From IMG/VR virus record IMGVR_UViG_3300029267_004155: DNA of 64,000 nucleotides; one strand, written 5' to 3'. Positions within the stretch are counted from its first letter, which is position 1. Each line of letters opens with the position of its first letter. Under the pieces are notes generated by a model, which saw nothing but the letters and a program-made list of their open reading frames with translations, did not search any database and was not told where the DNA came from. This DNA is from a virus (Duplodnaviria > Caudoviricetes). This document shows, one piece after another, positions 21,303 through 31,412 of this stretch. Both the position numbers and the translations under genes were made by a program.

Positions 21303-21539
21303 ATGGCCGACGGCAGGTCGTTTCTCGCCAGGAGGATGGCCGACGAGGTCGAGTCGAGAGGCGACGCCGTCGTCTGCCGATGCGGGAGGTGCGGCTGGCA
21401 GGGCTACCTGGAGGAGGCCCATGTCGAGCTGGACGAGCAGGTCTTCACGGGATGGCGCTGCCCGAGGTGCTCGGGGCGGGTCGTCCTGGAGAGGGTGCTC
21501 GGAGGCGACGTCCTGGCGGCCGGGGAGGGGACGAGATGA
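21303..21539 (+). CDS. CxxCGWxG Zn-ribbon family protein
   Basis: CGRCGWQG...CPRC...GGDVLAAGE. Confidence 0.65.
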   Translation: MADGRSFLARRMADEVESRGDAVVCRCGRCGWQGYLEEAHVELDEQVFTGWRCPRCSGRVVLERVLGGDVLAAGEGTR

Positions 21540-21901
21540 CGGTCTTCAAGTGCGGGGCCTGCGGGTGGCGGGGAGACACGAACGACGTCGGGTGGGACCT
21601 GGCCAGGGCGATGCGGGCGTGCGGCGCCTGCGGCTCGACGAGCCTGCGGGTCGTGGCCAGGCTGCCGAGCGGGGACGTGATGGCCGAGGATGAGAACATG
21701 AGGGCGCACGAGGCCGCGGCCAGGGCGGCCTGCGGAACTCCCGACGGGGACGTGATGGGCGTGGACGAGGAAATGAGGATGGGCCTTGCCATTGAGGAGT
21801 CGAGTCGTGGTAGAGATGACAGTAACCCAACACTTGAGGCAACATCTGCTGACCCGTCCCCGAGGAGGGGTGAGGAACGCCCTCCGTCTGCCTCCACTTG
21901 A
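21536..21901 (+). CDS. CxxCGWxG Zn-ribbon family protein
   Basis: CGACGWRG...CGAC...GDVMAEDE. Confidence 0.6.
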   Translation: MTVFKCGACGWRGDTNDVGWDLARAMRACGACGSTSLRVVARLPSGDVMAEDENMRAHEAAARAACGTPDGDVMGVDEEMRMGLAIEESSRGRDDSNPTLEATSADPSPRRGEERPPSAST

Positions 21902-22184
21902 AGATATGCGGGAAAGTCAATGGAGCTCTGAGTTTGAGCAGTTTCAGAGGAACCGGCTCATTTTCGGAGCTCATCGGTATGGAATGGAGTTTGGAAATGC
22001 TTCATATGACTACGTCGGTGCTCTGAGGACTCGCCTTCGTGAGTATGAGGAGACTGGAAATCTCGAGTTCCTTGTTGACGTGGCCAACTACGCGATGCTC
22101 GAGTTCGTGGTTGGAAGGAGACGAGGGAAAGAGATGAGGCCCGTGGATGGAGGAACTCATTGTGGGAAGAAGAACGTCAGGTGA
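21816..22184 (+). CDS. Lower-GC inserted phage protein (RNRLIFGAHRYG...TGNLEFLVDVANYAMLEF)
   Basis: Visibly more AT-rich than neighbours; flanked by ~50-bp direct repeats. Confidence 0.6.
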   Translation: MTVTQHLRQHLLTRPRGGVRNALRLPPLEDMRESQWSSEFEQFQRNRLIFGAHRYGMEFGNASYDYVGALRTRLREYEETGNLEFLVDVANYAMLEFVVGRRRGKEMRPVDGGTHCGKKNVR

Positions 22185-22205
22185 GTTGGAACTCCCGACG
22201 AGGAG

Positions 22206-22679
22206 ATGGGCGTGGACGAGGAGATGAGGATGGGCAGGGAGTGGGTGCCCGCATGCCACGACTGCGGATGGTGGGGGGTCGACGACGACCTGGCCGGCGA
22301 CAACAACGGGAGCCGGACCCTCTGCCCGAGATGCCTGGGCGGGAACGTCGGGAGGCTGTGGGTCGAGAAGGGCGTCGTCGAGGCGGTGAGCGAGGCCCCG
22401 GACGGCTTCCGCAAGGGCTCCGTCCACGTCCTGGAGAGGACGACGGAGAGGGACGAGCCGCTGAGAAGGGCCTCCGACAACGTTCTCCATGGGGCCGTTC
22501 ACGCAATGGACGAGGAGGCGGACGAGAGCGAAAGGCTGAACAAGGCGTTCGCGGCCGTGGAGGCCCACGACGTCGACGTCAGGTCGGTGATGATCTTCGG
22601 AACCGACGACGAGCGCGACAAGGTCCTTGGCGACCTGAGGGACTTCGGGGGCCGGATGGGGACGTGGCCGTCGAGATAG
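22206..22679 (+). CDS. CxxCGWxG Zn-ribbon protein with capsid-like C-terminal segment
   Basis: CHDCGWWG...CPRC; LNKAFAAVEAHDVDVRSV. Confidence 0.55.
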   Translation: MGVDEEMRMGREWVPACHDCGWWGVDDDLAGDNNGSRTLCPRCLGGNVGRLWVEKGVVEAVSEAPDGFRKGSVHVLERTTERDEPLRRASDNVLHGAVHAMDEEADESERLNKAFAAVEAHDVDVRSVMIFGTDDERDKVLGDLRDFGGRMGTWPSR

Positions 22680-23044
22680 CCAAGTGGAGAAGGGTCGTGA
22701 CGGGCGACGTCGAGGACGAGAGGATGTACGTCCTGGAGGAGAAGGTCGCCAAGGAGTGGTTCGAGAACGGAGAGGTCGTGGCGTATGATGAGGTGTGACG
22801 ACGAAGGCTGAGAATGGAGGACGAGGCATGAGGAGGTACATGGTGACGATGGCCGAGTCGATCGCGATCTCTTACGAGACCGTGGAGGCGGACTACGTCG
22901 AGGTCGAGAATGGCTGCCTGGTCTTCTGCAGGCATGTCGATGACGAGAAGGGAAAGGACGACGTGATCCAGGCCTTCGCCAAGGGGGCGTGGGCCAGGGT
23001 CGAGGAGATCGAGAGTCGAAACGAGGAGAAGAAGGAGACGAGAG

Positions 23045-23452
23045 ATGAAGCACGCGCATGAGGTGACGGTGGCCCCGATCATGAACGGGGTCCTGGTGAG
23101 GGCCGGATGCAAGACGCTGTTCGCCAAGCCGGAGGACCTGAAGGGCCTCGAGGGCTACTTCGCCAAGGGCGACGCGGCCAAGGTGCCGGCCAGGTTCAAG
23201 CGGTGGGTCAGGGACGGCGAGGCCTTCAGGGGCCCCGAGGGGCCTTGCGCCGAAGAGACGGAGAGCTGCCTCGACATCAAGGAGGGCATGTCGAGGCCGT
23301 CCTTCCTGGACAAGAGCGGAGCCGTGGTCGTCCACAGGATCACCAACGGCTTCGTGGTGGAGTGCGACAGGCAGTGCTGGGGCGTCGAGCCGGGCAAGGA
23401 CGAGAAGCCCGAGGATACCGTTTACGGGCTCCTGGCAGGCGTGCTGTCATGA
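23045..23452 (+). CDS. Hypothetical protein, paralog of 14027..14566
   Basis: RAGCKTLFAKPEDLKGLEGY. Confidence 0.6.
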   Translation: MKHAHEVTVAPIMNGVLVRAGCKTLFAKPEDLKGLEGYFAKGDAAKVPARFKRWVRDGEAFRGPEGPCAEETESCLDIKEGMSRPSFLDKSGAVVVHRITNGFVVECDRQCWGVEPGKDEKPEDTVYGLLAGVLS

Positions 23453-23904
23453 GGTGGAGGGTCATGGCCCCGCTCAGGTTCGTCGGCCTGGCGGTCCGCC
23501 TCAAGGCCGAGGTCCTCGGCCGGGCCGGATGGCGGCGGGTGACGTGCCTTTGGCGCGGCCGGAGGCCGATCGGGCAGGCGGGGCCGGAGGCCGATCGGGC
23601 TCGGCAAGCCCAGGCGCGTTGAGGTTCCGCTGTTCGAGACCGTGGCCTGCCCGGCCATCCGGCTCGATGACGTCAAGGCCAGGCGCCTCGTCCTGTTCGG
23701 CGACGATTCGGACATAGTCTCGCTGGTCAGATGCTCCGAGTGCGGCTGGCTGGGCGAGTCGTGGAGGCTGAGGAGGCTCCCGTTGCGGGCGTGTCCCCGG
23801 AAGCGATGCCCGAGATGCGCGACGGACGAGGTCGGGGCGCTGGTGGCCATGGACCTGGGCGGCACCGACGTGGGCGTCTGGGAGGAGCGGAAGGAGGAGA
23901 CGAC

Positions 23905-24336
23905 ATGAGCAGGCCGCCGCCATGCGACCGGGAGGTCTTCAGGAAGGGCCGGAGCATCATGGCCTGCGACACGGGCACCGCCGAATGCCGGGCGGAGGAC
24001 TTCGAGGCCTGGATCGTCAGCGTCAGGAGAAGGCTGCCGAAGGGCAGCGGGATCGACTGGCACTACTTCGGGGGCGTGGCCAACGTCCTGGCCCTCGGGG
24101 ACCGTGAGGCCGTTCTGGACGCCGTCGGGGGCATGATGTCCTCCTGCCCGGCCAGCGTCATGCGATGGGTGGGGGAGGGCGAGATCGGGCCGCACCGGTC
24201 CGGGGTCACCCCGGCCCCGCAGGGGGCCATGGGCGCGAGCTACGGGCCGGACGGCGGGGAGTTCCTCCTGGAGGGAAGCCGGGCCCCGGAGCCGGGCGAC
24301 GTCGTGGCGGCCGACGACGAGAGGGCCGGGCCGTGA
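23905..24336 (+). CDS. Hypothetical protein (IDWHYFGG) with GDVVAADDE tail
   Basis: RBS; coupling. Confidence 0.6.
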   Translation: MSRPPPCDREVFRKGRSIMACDTGTAECRAEDFEAWIVSVRRRLPKGSGIDWHYFGGVANVLALGDREAVLDAVGGMMSSCPASVMRWVGEGEIGPHRSGVTPAPQGAMGASYGPDGGEFLLEGSRAPEPGDVVAADDERAGP

Positions 24337-25067
24337 TCCTGGCCAGATGCGCCAAGTGCGGGTGGAGGGGGGTCGACGAGCATTGCTCGAAGGAGCTGGT
24401 CGAGTGCCCGAGATGCGGGAGGCCCGTCGTCGGGCTCTCGATCATGTTCGAGCCGGACGTCGTGGCGACGGACGAGACGAAGGACGAGGAGAGGGAGCGG
24501 GACATGAGAGACGGAGGGGACGAGGAGATCGAGGCGGTCTCCATGACGAGGTGCTCCAGATGCAACCACGAGGCCAGCTCGAAGGAGTGGGAAGGGAGCA
24601 AATGCCCGGAGTGCGGCTCCGGGTGCGCGTTGCAGTGGATAGTGGACCACCCCGGGGAGGTCGAGGTGTTCGAGGACGGGGAGGTGGAGGTCTACGAGGA
24701 CGGGGGAGATGAGGTGTGGGGTGAGCGGATCGAGGCCAGAGGCTGGGTCACCATCTGCAACGGGTGCGGGTGGCAGGGGGACTTCGAGAGGGACATGAGG
24801 GAGAGGGGGCCGAGGGGCTGGGAGTGCCCGGAGTGCGGATGGGGAGTCGGGGAGGCCGTCAGGGTGGACGACGGCGAGGTCTGGGCCAGGAAGGAGAGGG
24901 CGGAGGACGCCATGCCGGACGTCGAGGCGTTCCCTGCCGGAGGGACGACCCGGGACCCCTCCTGGGCCGACGTGATGGGGGCCTACGACAGGCTCCTCGA
25001 AGGGAGGGCGAAGGACAGGATGCTCGACGGGGCCGTCCTCGCCGAGCGGGAGAGGAGGGAGCCGTGA
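24333..25067 (+). CDS. Triple Zn-ribbon family protein
   Basis: Three CxxC..CPxC units, each followed by a [GP][DE]V.x.[DE]-type motif. Confidence 0.65.
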   Translation: MILARCAKCGWRGVDEHCSKELVECPRCGRPVVGLSIMFEPDVVATDETKDEERERDMRDGGDEEIEAVSMTRCSRCNHEASSKEWEGSKCPECGSGCALQWIVDHPGEVEVFEDGEVEVYEDGGDEVWGERIEARGWVTICNGCGWQGDFERDMRERGPRGWECPECGWGVGEAVRVDDGEVWARKERAEDAMPDVEAFPAGGTTRDPSWADVMGAYDRLLEGRAKDRMLDGAVLAERERREP

Positions 25068-25327
25068 GGCACTACAGGTGCAGATGCGGGAACAGGAAGA
25101 TGTGGGGCTCGATGCCGCCAAGCCCGTGCCAGGGCTGCCCGAAGTGCGGCACCACCATGGCCCATGATCCGGCGAGATGCAAAACGCCGGAGCCGCACGA
25201 CTGGACCACCGAGGAGACCGTCGGGGATGGCGACACCGTCAGGAGAACGACGCGCTGCCGAAGGTGTCATGAGAGGATGGACGACTCGACGGACGTGGTG
25301 GCCGAGGACGAGAAGGTCGAGCCATGA
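25064..25327 (+). CDS. Cys-rich small protein
   Basis: CRCG...CQGCPKCG...CRRC; DVVAEDE tail. Confidence 0.55.
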   Translation: MRHYRCRCGNRKMWGSMPPSPCQGCPKCGTTMAHDPARCKTPEPHDWTTEETVGDGDTVRRTTRCRRCHERMDDSTDVVAEDEKVEP

Positions 25328-25584
25328 GACAAGTCGGAGTCCAGGGGCCGCAGGGCTGGCCCGAGGAGGCGACGGGGTCGTGGTCGCCTGCTTCGAGGAG
25401 GTGACGACATGACTGAGGAGTACGTGGTGCTGACGGTCAGTCGCTGCCCGAGATGCGGGTGGGAGCTGTCCAGGCACGTGGTGGAGATGCGGCTTGGGGA
25501 CGTCGTGCTGTTTGACGAGAGGGACGTGGGGGCGCTGGACGAGCAGGGCGACGTCCAGGTGGCGGACGACGAGAGGAGGGAGCC

Positions 25585-25947
25585 GTGCTGAAGACGAACA
25601 AGTGGAGCCTGAACGTGGCCTTCTCCCACGTGGAGAGCATGGACTACTTTGTGGTGGGCGTCCTGGCGAGGGAGCCTCTGGAGTGCGAGGACGGACTCTG
25701 GGAGTCATTCCCGCCGGTGGGGGTGAGCAAGGACGTCGCCAGGTCCGACGACAGGGTGGCCATGATCCTGGTGGGCGTGAGGGACCGCAGCTCCATCGCC
25801 GTGGGCTTCGCTCTCCAGGAGGACGGAGACTGGGAGTGCCTGATGACCGACGAGGAGAAGGACGAGCACCTGCGAGCCTTGAACGCCAAGGCGGAGGCGA
25901 GGATGAAGGCCCCGCCCGACGAGCCGAGGGAGGGGCCGGGGTCATGA
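25585..25947 (+). CDS. Hypothetical protein
   Basis: RBS; coupling. Confidence 0.5.
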   Translation: MLKTNKWSLNVAFSHVESMDYFVVGVLAREPLECEDGLWESFPPVGVSKDVARSDDRVAMILVGVRDRSSIAVGFALQEDGDWECLMTDEEKDEHLRALNAKAEARMKAPPDEPREGPGS

Positions 25948-26315
25948 TCCTCGCGAGATGCACCGAATGCGGCTGGCACGGAGTCGACGAGCAGGTCGAC
26001 CAGGTCCTGGTCGCGGCCCCGGACGGAAGCAGGGGGCGACCGTGCCCCGAGTGCGGGCTGCCGAATGTCGCGCTCTCGATCCAGTTCGATGACGAGGGGG
26101 TCGTCGTCGCCACGACCGAGGAGCTGCTGGTGATCGACGGCCTGCCCGGGGTCTCCATCTGCGAGGCCTGCGGATGGGAGGGGGCTCCGTGGGAGCACGA
26201 CCAGTCGACCTGGCCGGCCCGGTGCCCGGCGTGCCACAGGAAGGCGATTGAGAGGACCATCCCGGGGCTCAGGCCCGGGGAGGTCCAGGTTCTCAGGGAG
26301 GAGGCGATGCCATGA
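25944..26315 (+). CDS. Double CxxCGWxG Zn-ribbon protein
   Basis: CTECGWHG..CPEC; CEACGWEG..CPAC..GEVQVLREE. Confidence 0.65.
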   Translation: MILARCTECGWHGVDEQVDQVLVAAPDGSRGRPCPECGLPNVALSIQFDDEGVVVATTEELLVIDGLPGVSICEACGWEGAPWEHDQSTWPARCPACHRKAIERTIPGLRPGEVQVLREEAMP

Positions 26316-26672
26316 GCAAGATCATGAGGCCGACCTTCCCGCCGATCATGACCTTGCTGACATGCCACAGCCGCGGATGGTCGGGGAATACGGACGAGCA
26401 GGGGACCTTCAAGGATGAAGCGGGAGATAGATGGATGTGCTGTCCGGAATGTAAAAGCGTGACGCTCGGGAGCGAGGCCGTCGAGACGGGCTTCGTCGGA
26501 GTCAGGGACGAGACCATGATGAAGAGACTAACGGCATGGAGATGCAAGAACTGCGGCCGGGAAGGAACCCCCGATCATCTGCCCGAGATGCCAAGGGGAG
26601 AGCTTTGAGAGGGTCGTGGCGAAGGAGGGGGACGTCTGGGCCACTGACGAGAAGATCGGGAGGGCGACGTGA
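26312..26672 (+). pseudogene. Frameshifted double Zn-ribbon family gene
   Basis: CKNCGREG frame continues in +1 frame as IICPRCQ...EGDVWATDEK; first unit has CHSR in place of CxxC. Confidence 0.6.
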
Positions 26673-26943
26673 CAGGAAGGTTCCATAGGAGGTGCCACGA
26701 GCGCGGATGGGACTGCGACGACGCGGACCATGACGAGATCAACGTCCCGGGGCCGTGCCCGAGATGCGGCAAGCTGCTCAGGAGGGGGAGTCCGGAAGGG
26801 CACCGAGAGGACCTTGCGGAACCGGACGAGCCACGGAAGAAGAAGCGAAGCCTACGGCTTCGAGGCGACGACCGGACGACGCCACGAATCGGAAAGGGCC
26901 ATCCTCAGGGACGGCCTCCCGAAGGCCGGAAGCCAGCGAAATG

Positions 26944-27146
26944 TCGGAGAAAAAAGCGATGCGGCTCTTTCTGGAAATCCACGGATGGCATGGAACGTGC
27001 CCGGGCGTCGTCACGGCAGGACCACCGTCCCGGTGAGGCGTCAAGGAAAAACCGATGGGACTTTTCCTGGAAATTCACGGGCTTGAAAAAACGTCGGGAA
27101 AAAACCGATGCGATTCTTTCTGGAAATTCACGGATGGCATGGAACC
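26944..27146. repeat. Three imperfect direct repeats (AAAAA.CGATG....TTT.CTGGAAAT.CACGG)
   Basis: Copies at ~26944, ~27045 and ~27093. Confidence 0.8.
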
Positions 27147-27311
27147 TGCCGTGACGGGGGCCGCGATCGAAGACGATCGAAGACGATCGTTTCGGGAGTG
27201 GGGGGTCCCGTGACCTGGGCTGTGTGCAATGGGCGCACACGTACAGGGGCGCGCATTTATCGTATGGTAGGGGCGTGGACAATTTCCGCATGGCGGGTCT
27301 GGAGGTGAGCG

Positions 27312-27608
27312 ATGAGGTGGTGTCCGGAATGTGGTGGCTCCCGGTTCGAGGGGCGTCGTTGGGAGATAAGGACGGTGGTGGTGGACGGTGACGGCGTTTC
27401 CCTGCCCGGGGATGGCGGCGTCGCGGGCTGGGAGCCGGAGACCCTGACGGTCGGCGTGCACTGGGGCCCGTACGTCTGCCTGGGGTGTGGGCGGAAGACG
27501 GCCGAGCTGGAAGACCTGCCGGAGACGGGCGACGTGCTGGCCGAGGGGGAGGCCGGAGGCCGAAGGGGGCCGGTCCGGAGGCCCCGGAGGCCTCCCGACG
27601 TCGCATAA
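27312..27608 (+). CDS. Zn-ribbon protein with GDVLAEGE tail
   Basis: CPEC...CLGC; GGAGG RBS. Confidence 0.55.
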   Translation: MRWCPECGGSRFEGRRWEIRTVVVDGDGVSLPGDGGVAGWEPETLTVGVHWGPYVCLGCGRKTAELEDLPETGDVLAEGEAGGRRGPVRRPRRPPDVA

Positions 27609-27626
27609 TATCATATTATGTTTAAT
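27598..27626 (+). other. dif-like XerC/XerD site with 7-bp spacer
   Basis: ACGTCGCATAA-TATCATA-TTATGTTTAAT vs E. coli dif GGTGCGCATAA-TGTATA-TTATGTTAAAT. Confidence 0.75.
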
Positions 27627-28624
27627 TCACGACGGAACTAATTGGACGTTTCGCGTCGCAAACGCGCCTGCCGCAGGTACTTGCGGCTACGAGAAAAAGA
27701 GGGAAATTCGGCATGCAACCTGCTATGGGTTATCAGGGGGGAATCGAGCCTTTTTTTCGCGCTGCTACAAAGAAGGTCGTCGATTGTAACGGTGGACGCC
27801 TGGTGGTGGTGGGCGGGGAGCTGGGCGAGTCCGCGGAGGTGGTGGTCGACGCGTCGGTGGAGGAGCTGAGGGCCGTCAGGGCCGGGGAGGTGGTGGCGGG
27901 TTCGGAGGCCATGGCGCCTGCCGGGGTCCGGGGAGGTGGTCGGCCCGGAGGTCCTGGGGCCTGCGGGGGCCTGCCCGGAGCCCGTCTCAACCGCGTCTCA
28001 ACCCGGCGGGGGCCTCCCGGGAAATAGGACGGCTATCGATCCGGCCTTCCGGGATCGGACCCCGGGGCGCTGTCGCGCGTCGGCGATTTTTTCGGAAATC
28101 CGAAAATCGGGAATTGGCCTTTTCGGGGCTTTCACATGCGCTCGCGTGCGCGTGTGGGGGAGGTGGTCTGATGGGTGAGGTGGTCGAGGGCTACGTGGTC
28201 CACTGGTGCCCGTCCTGTGGACGCCTGTGGGTATGGGAGAGCCGGCGGCTGCCTGACGAGATGGTGGTGTTCGACGTGGTCGAGAGGTGTGACGACGGGG
28301 GTTTCTGCTGGCATGATCGTGACGAGGTGGTTTTGCGGTTCTCTCCTGGGGAGGTCGGGGTTTGGCGCGAGGATGCTGGGTGGCCGGCATCCACAGGGAG
28401 CCGGGGCTGGAGGCGCATGGCGGTCTCCGGTGTCCCGTCTGCGACTTCCGGTTGGCGGGTGGCCACGTCGGGGGTGCCCGGGGTGCGGGGCGAGGCCCTT
28501 TCCCCTGTCGGGACGGGAGGAGTCGGGGGAGGTCGCCTGCTCGGGGAGGTTGAGTTTCTGGGAGGTGGTGGCTGTCTCGGAGGGGGTTGGGGGCGTATAG
28601 TGTCTTGACGGCCGGCGTCTTCAT

Positions 28625-28972
28625 GTGGATGACGGGTTCGTGTCCGACTCGCCGGGCTTGCCGGCCGCGAAGCTGTTGGTCCGTGCGGGTGCTCCTGAGG
28701 GGGCGACGGCGGGCGTCCCCGGTAACGGGCCCTTCCCGCCATTCCTGGAGGTTCGGGTGAGGCTGGTGGGTCACGACGAGAGTTGGTGGGCGTGTCTGTC
28801 GTGCGGTCACGTGGTCCACCGGGTCAGGAGGGGCGCTGTCCGGGACGGCTGCTCCTGCGGGGCTTGCGGGAAGGCGGCCTGGTGGGAGCGGTTCGTGATC
28901 GGCGAGGTGGTCGCCGTCCGCGAGGAGGTGTTCGACGTTCGCGAGGAGGTGTTCGATGGAGAATCTGGTTGA
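28625..28972 (+). CDS. Zn-ribbon protein with GEVVAVREE tail
   Basis: CLSC...CGAC. Confidence 0.5.
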   Translation: MDDGFVSDSPGLPAAKLLVRAGAPEGATAGVPGNGPFPPFLEVRVRLVGHDESWWACLSCGHVVHRVRRGAVRDGCSCGACGKAAWWERFVIGEVVAVREEVFDVREEVFDGESG

Positions 28973-29400
28973 CATCTTGACGCGCGGCCTTGCCGAGGTT
29001 CGGGCGGTCCGGGCCTCGGGGGCGGTTCGCGAGTGGGTCTCCGGGGACGTGTCGGTCTCCCTTCTGGAGGTTCCGGACGGGCGGTCCCGCGCCGTGGCGC
29101 GCTCCCCCGATGGCCGGGACGTGCTCGTCCTTCTCTTCGAGGACGCCGGGGCTCTTCGCGAGCTGGTCGAGGGCGTGGTCCGGGAGGCCGGGGCCCTTCG
29201 CGAGCTGGTCGGGGCCGGGGGCGGCACGAGGCTGATGGTCGCCGTCCGGGGGTCTCTGACGGGGCTGGCCCTGGTTGGCGACGGCTGGCGGTGGGCGGCG
29301 GTCGACGGCCCTTGACGGGGCCGTTCCTGCCGCGGGTCGGCGCTTTTCCCGGAGCCGTCCGGCGGGATCGGGCTTTTCACCGTGGGCGAGGAGGCTGGTG

Positions 29401-29820
29401 ATGGTTTCGGAGTGCGTGGTCTGGCGTTGCGGGCGTTGCGGGTGGGAGGGCGTGGGTGACGGGAGCTGTCCTGGTTGCGACAGGTCCGGGGCCTTCTGGA
29501 CCGACGACGGCCTCATGCGTCCTCGCGAGGCGGGGTCCTTCGAGGACGGCGAGGTCCTGGCGAGGCACGAGGAGCTGGGGCGGCTCGCCGGATGGATTGT
29601 CTTCAGCTGCCCGGGTTGCGGCTGGGTTGGCCGCGGGGCGCCCACGGAGGTGCTTCCTGACGGCTCCTGGGGGTCCGGGAGGGTTTGCCCCGGGTGTTCG
29701 AGGCTCGGCGTGTCCGAAGAGGGTTACGTGTCCGCGGACGGCCTTGACGTGACGGCGGCGGCGGAGGTGGTTCGGACGAGGTTTCGGGGGCGTGGTGGTC
29801 TGAGAAGAGGAGGTTGTTGA
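29401..29820 (+). CDS. Double CxxCGWxG Zn-ribbon protein
   Basis: CGRCGWEG..CPGC..DGEVLARHEE; CPGCGWVG..CPGC. Confidence 0.65.
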   Translation: MVSECVVWRCGRCGWEGVGDGSCPGCDRSGAFWTDDGLMRPREAGSFEDGEVLARHEELGRLAGWIVFSCPGCGWVGRGAPTEVLPDGSWGSGRVCPGCSRLGVSEEGYVSADGLDVTAAAEVVRTRFRGRGGLRRGGC

Positions 29821-30246
29821 TGAGGCGGACGGGTAGGAGCCTGATGGCGTGCGCGTTCTGCGGCGAGCTTCTTCGCGGGAAGGAGCTTGCTCCTCCTGGC
29901 CGGGTGGCCTGGAGGTGCGCGGTGGGGCGTCCGGAGATGGGCGACGGGAGGGAGCTGTGGAGGCCCGCGGCCGACTACCACGGCCTGCGGCTTCCGGCCA
30001 GGTGCTGGCTCCGGAGGGGGGAGGTGGTCTGTGCCGAGGTGTCTTGAGGCGTGCTCCGGGTGCGGGTTCCTGAGCGGGGCGGCGACGGCCTTGGGCGAGA
30101 CGGTGCCTGCTCGCCGTGGTGGTGGACGAGCGCGGCCCGCGGGGGGAGCCGCGGGCTCGTGGTGGGCCGTTCGAGGGCACGGAGCTGCCGGCAGCTCCGT
30201 GCCCGTACTCGACGGGCGAGGTCGGGGCCTTGGACGAGGAGGTTGG

Positions 30247-31194
30247 ATGAGCGTCACGAAGGAGGGGATCATAGCGAAGGCCCTGTCGACTCCGGAGGGT
30301 CGCCAGGAGCTGGCCCGGGCGATGTGGCCGTACGCCTGCGACGTCTGCGGGCGCTTCCCGATGAACTGGAAGGGTCTCGGGGTGAGGCCGGTGGAGACGT
30401 GCCCGGCGTGTGGCGCCGTCTGGTTCGACGCCGAGAGGAAGTGGGTGCCCGACGGCGACGTTGGGGCTTCGGACGAGGTTTCGGGGGCGTGGTGGTCGGA
30501 GAAGAGGAGGTGCGACGTGATAATAGGTGAGAACTTCGCGTGGGGCCACATTCCGAGGACCGGCGGCACCTTGACGGCCTGCCGGTTCGTCGAGGCTGCC
30601 AGGCTGTGCGGCGCGGCCTTGTCGGTGGACGGCGACCTGTCTCATTCCAAGCACGACCCCTTCCCCGCCCGGGCCGTGGAGGGCAAGGTCCTGGTCCTGA
30701 GCGTGCGCAGGCTGCCGTCCCTCTACCTGTCCTGGCTCGTGATGATGTCTGGCAGGCTGCGCCCCGGCGATCCCGTCTGCGGGGACTACGGGGGCGGGGT
30801 GTGGCCCTGCTACGTGCCTCTGCCGACGCCCACCAGGGGCCAGGTGCTCGGGGTCGAGGACTACCGCGTGCGCGACTTCGTGGACGTCTACGGTCCCCTG
30901 CGGTGCTTCCCGGACGCCTATCTCAGGTCCTTCACGGACGACGGGAGGCTGAAGGTGGACCACCACATCCGGCTGGAGTTCCTCGACCGGGATTTCCGGC
31001 GGGTGGCCGTGGCGCTGGGGATGGACTACGACGAGGACGCGTTCCGGCCCGTGGCGCCCGGGGCCAAGGTCGTCTTCTCGTACGACCACGACGTCGCGGG
31101 GTATTTCTCGGAGGGCGACCTGGAGGTCCTGTACGCCAACAACCCCCTGTGGGCCGCGATGGAGGCCGAGGTCTATGGCGGGGTGCCCGGATGA
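30247..31194 (+). CDS. Zn-ribbon fused in frame to a sulfotransferase-like domain (possible internal start GTG 30517)
   Basis: CDVC..CPAC..GDVGASDE, then WGHIPRTGGT (5'-PSB-like) and IRLEFLDRDF. Confidence 0.6.
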   Translation: MSVTKEGIIAKALSTPEGRQELARAMWPYACDVCGRFPMNWKGLGVRPVETCPACGAVWFDAERKWVPDGDVGASDEVSGAWWSEKRRCDVIIGENFAWGHIPRTGGTLTACRFVEAARLCGAALSVDGDLSHSKHDPFPARAVEGKVLVLSVRRLPSLYLSWLVMMSGRLRPGDPVCGDYGGGVWPCYVPLPTPTRGQVLGVEDYRVRDFVDVYGPLRCFPDAYLRSFTDDGRLKVDHHIRLEFLDRDFRRVAVALGMDYDEDAFRPVAPGAKVVFSYDHDVAGYFSEGDLEVLYANNPLWAAMEAEVYGGVPG

Positions 31195-31412
31195 GAAGGT
31201 GTCTCGACGCGTGTAGGGGCTGTCGGTTCTGGCGGGCGCGGGTGCGGCTCGGCGCCGACGACCTCTACAGGTGCGTGTGTTTCGTCGTTTCCTTCGGTGG
31301 CGGGGTGATGGCGGAGGACTGGGCCTCTCGGGGCGTCTACGAGGGTCGCCATCTCCCGGCCGGGTGCCTGGCCCTCGGCGATGTTGCGACCGTGGACGAG
31401 GAGCTGTCATGA
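31191..31412 (+). CDS. Cys-motif small protein with GDVATVDEE tail
   Basis: Paralogous to 29820..30047 and 34568..34924. Confidence 0.55.
   Translation: MRRCLDACRGCRFWRARVRLGADDLYRCVCFVVSFGGGVMAEDWASRGVYEGRHLPAGCLALGDVATVDEELS

Noticed and set aside
26944-27190. CRISPR array
   Set aside because: Only three degenerate repeats with irregular spacing; no cas genes.
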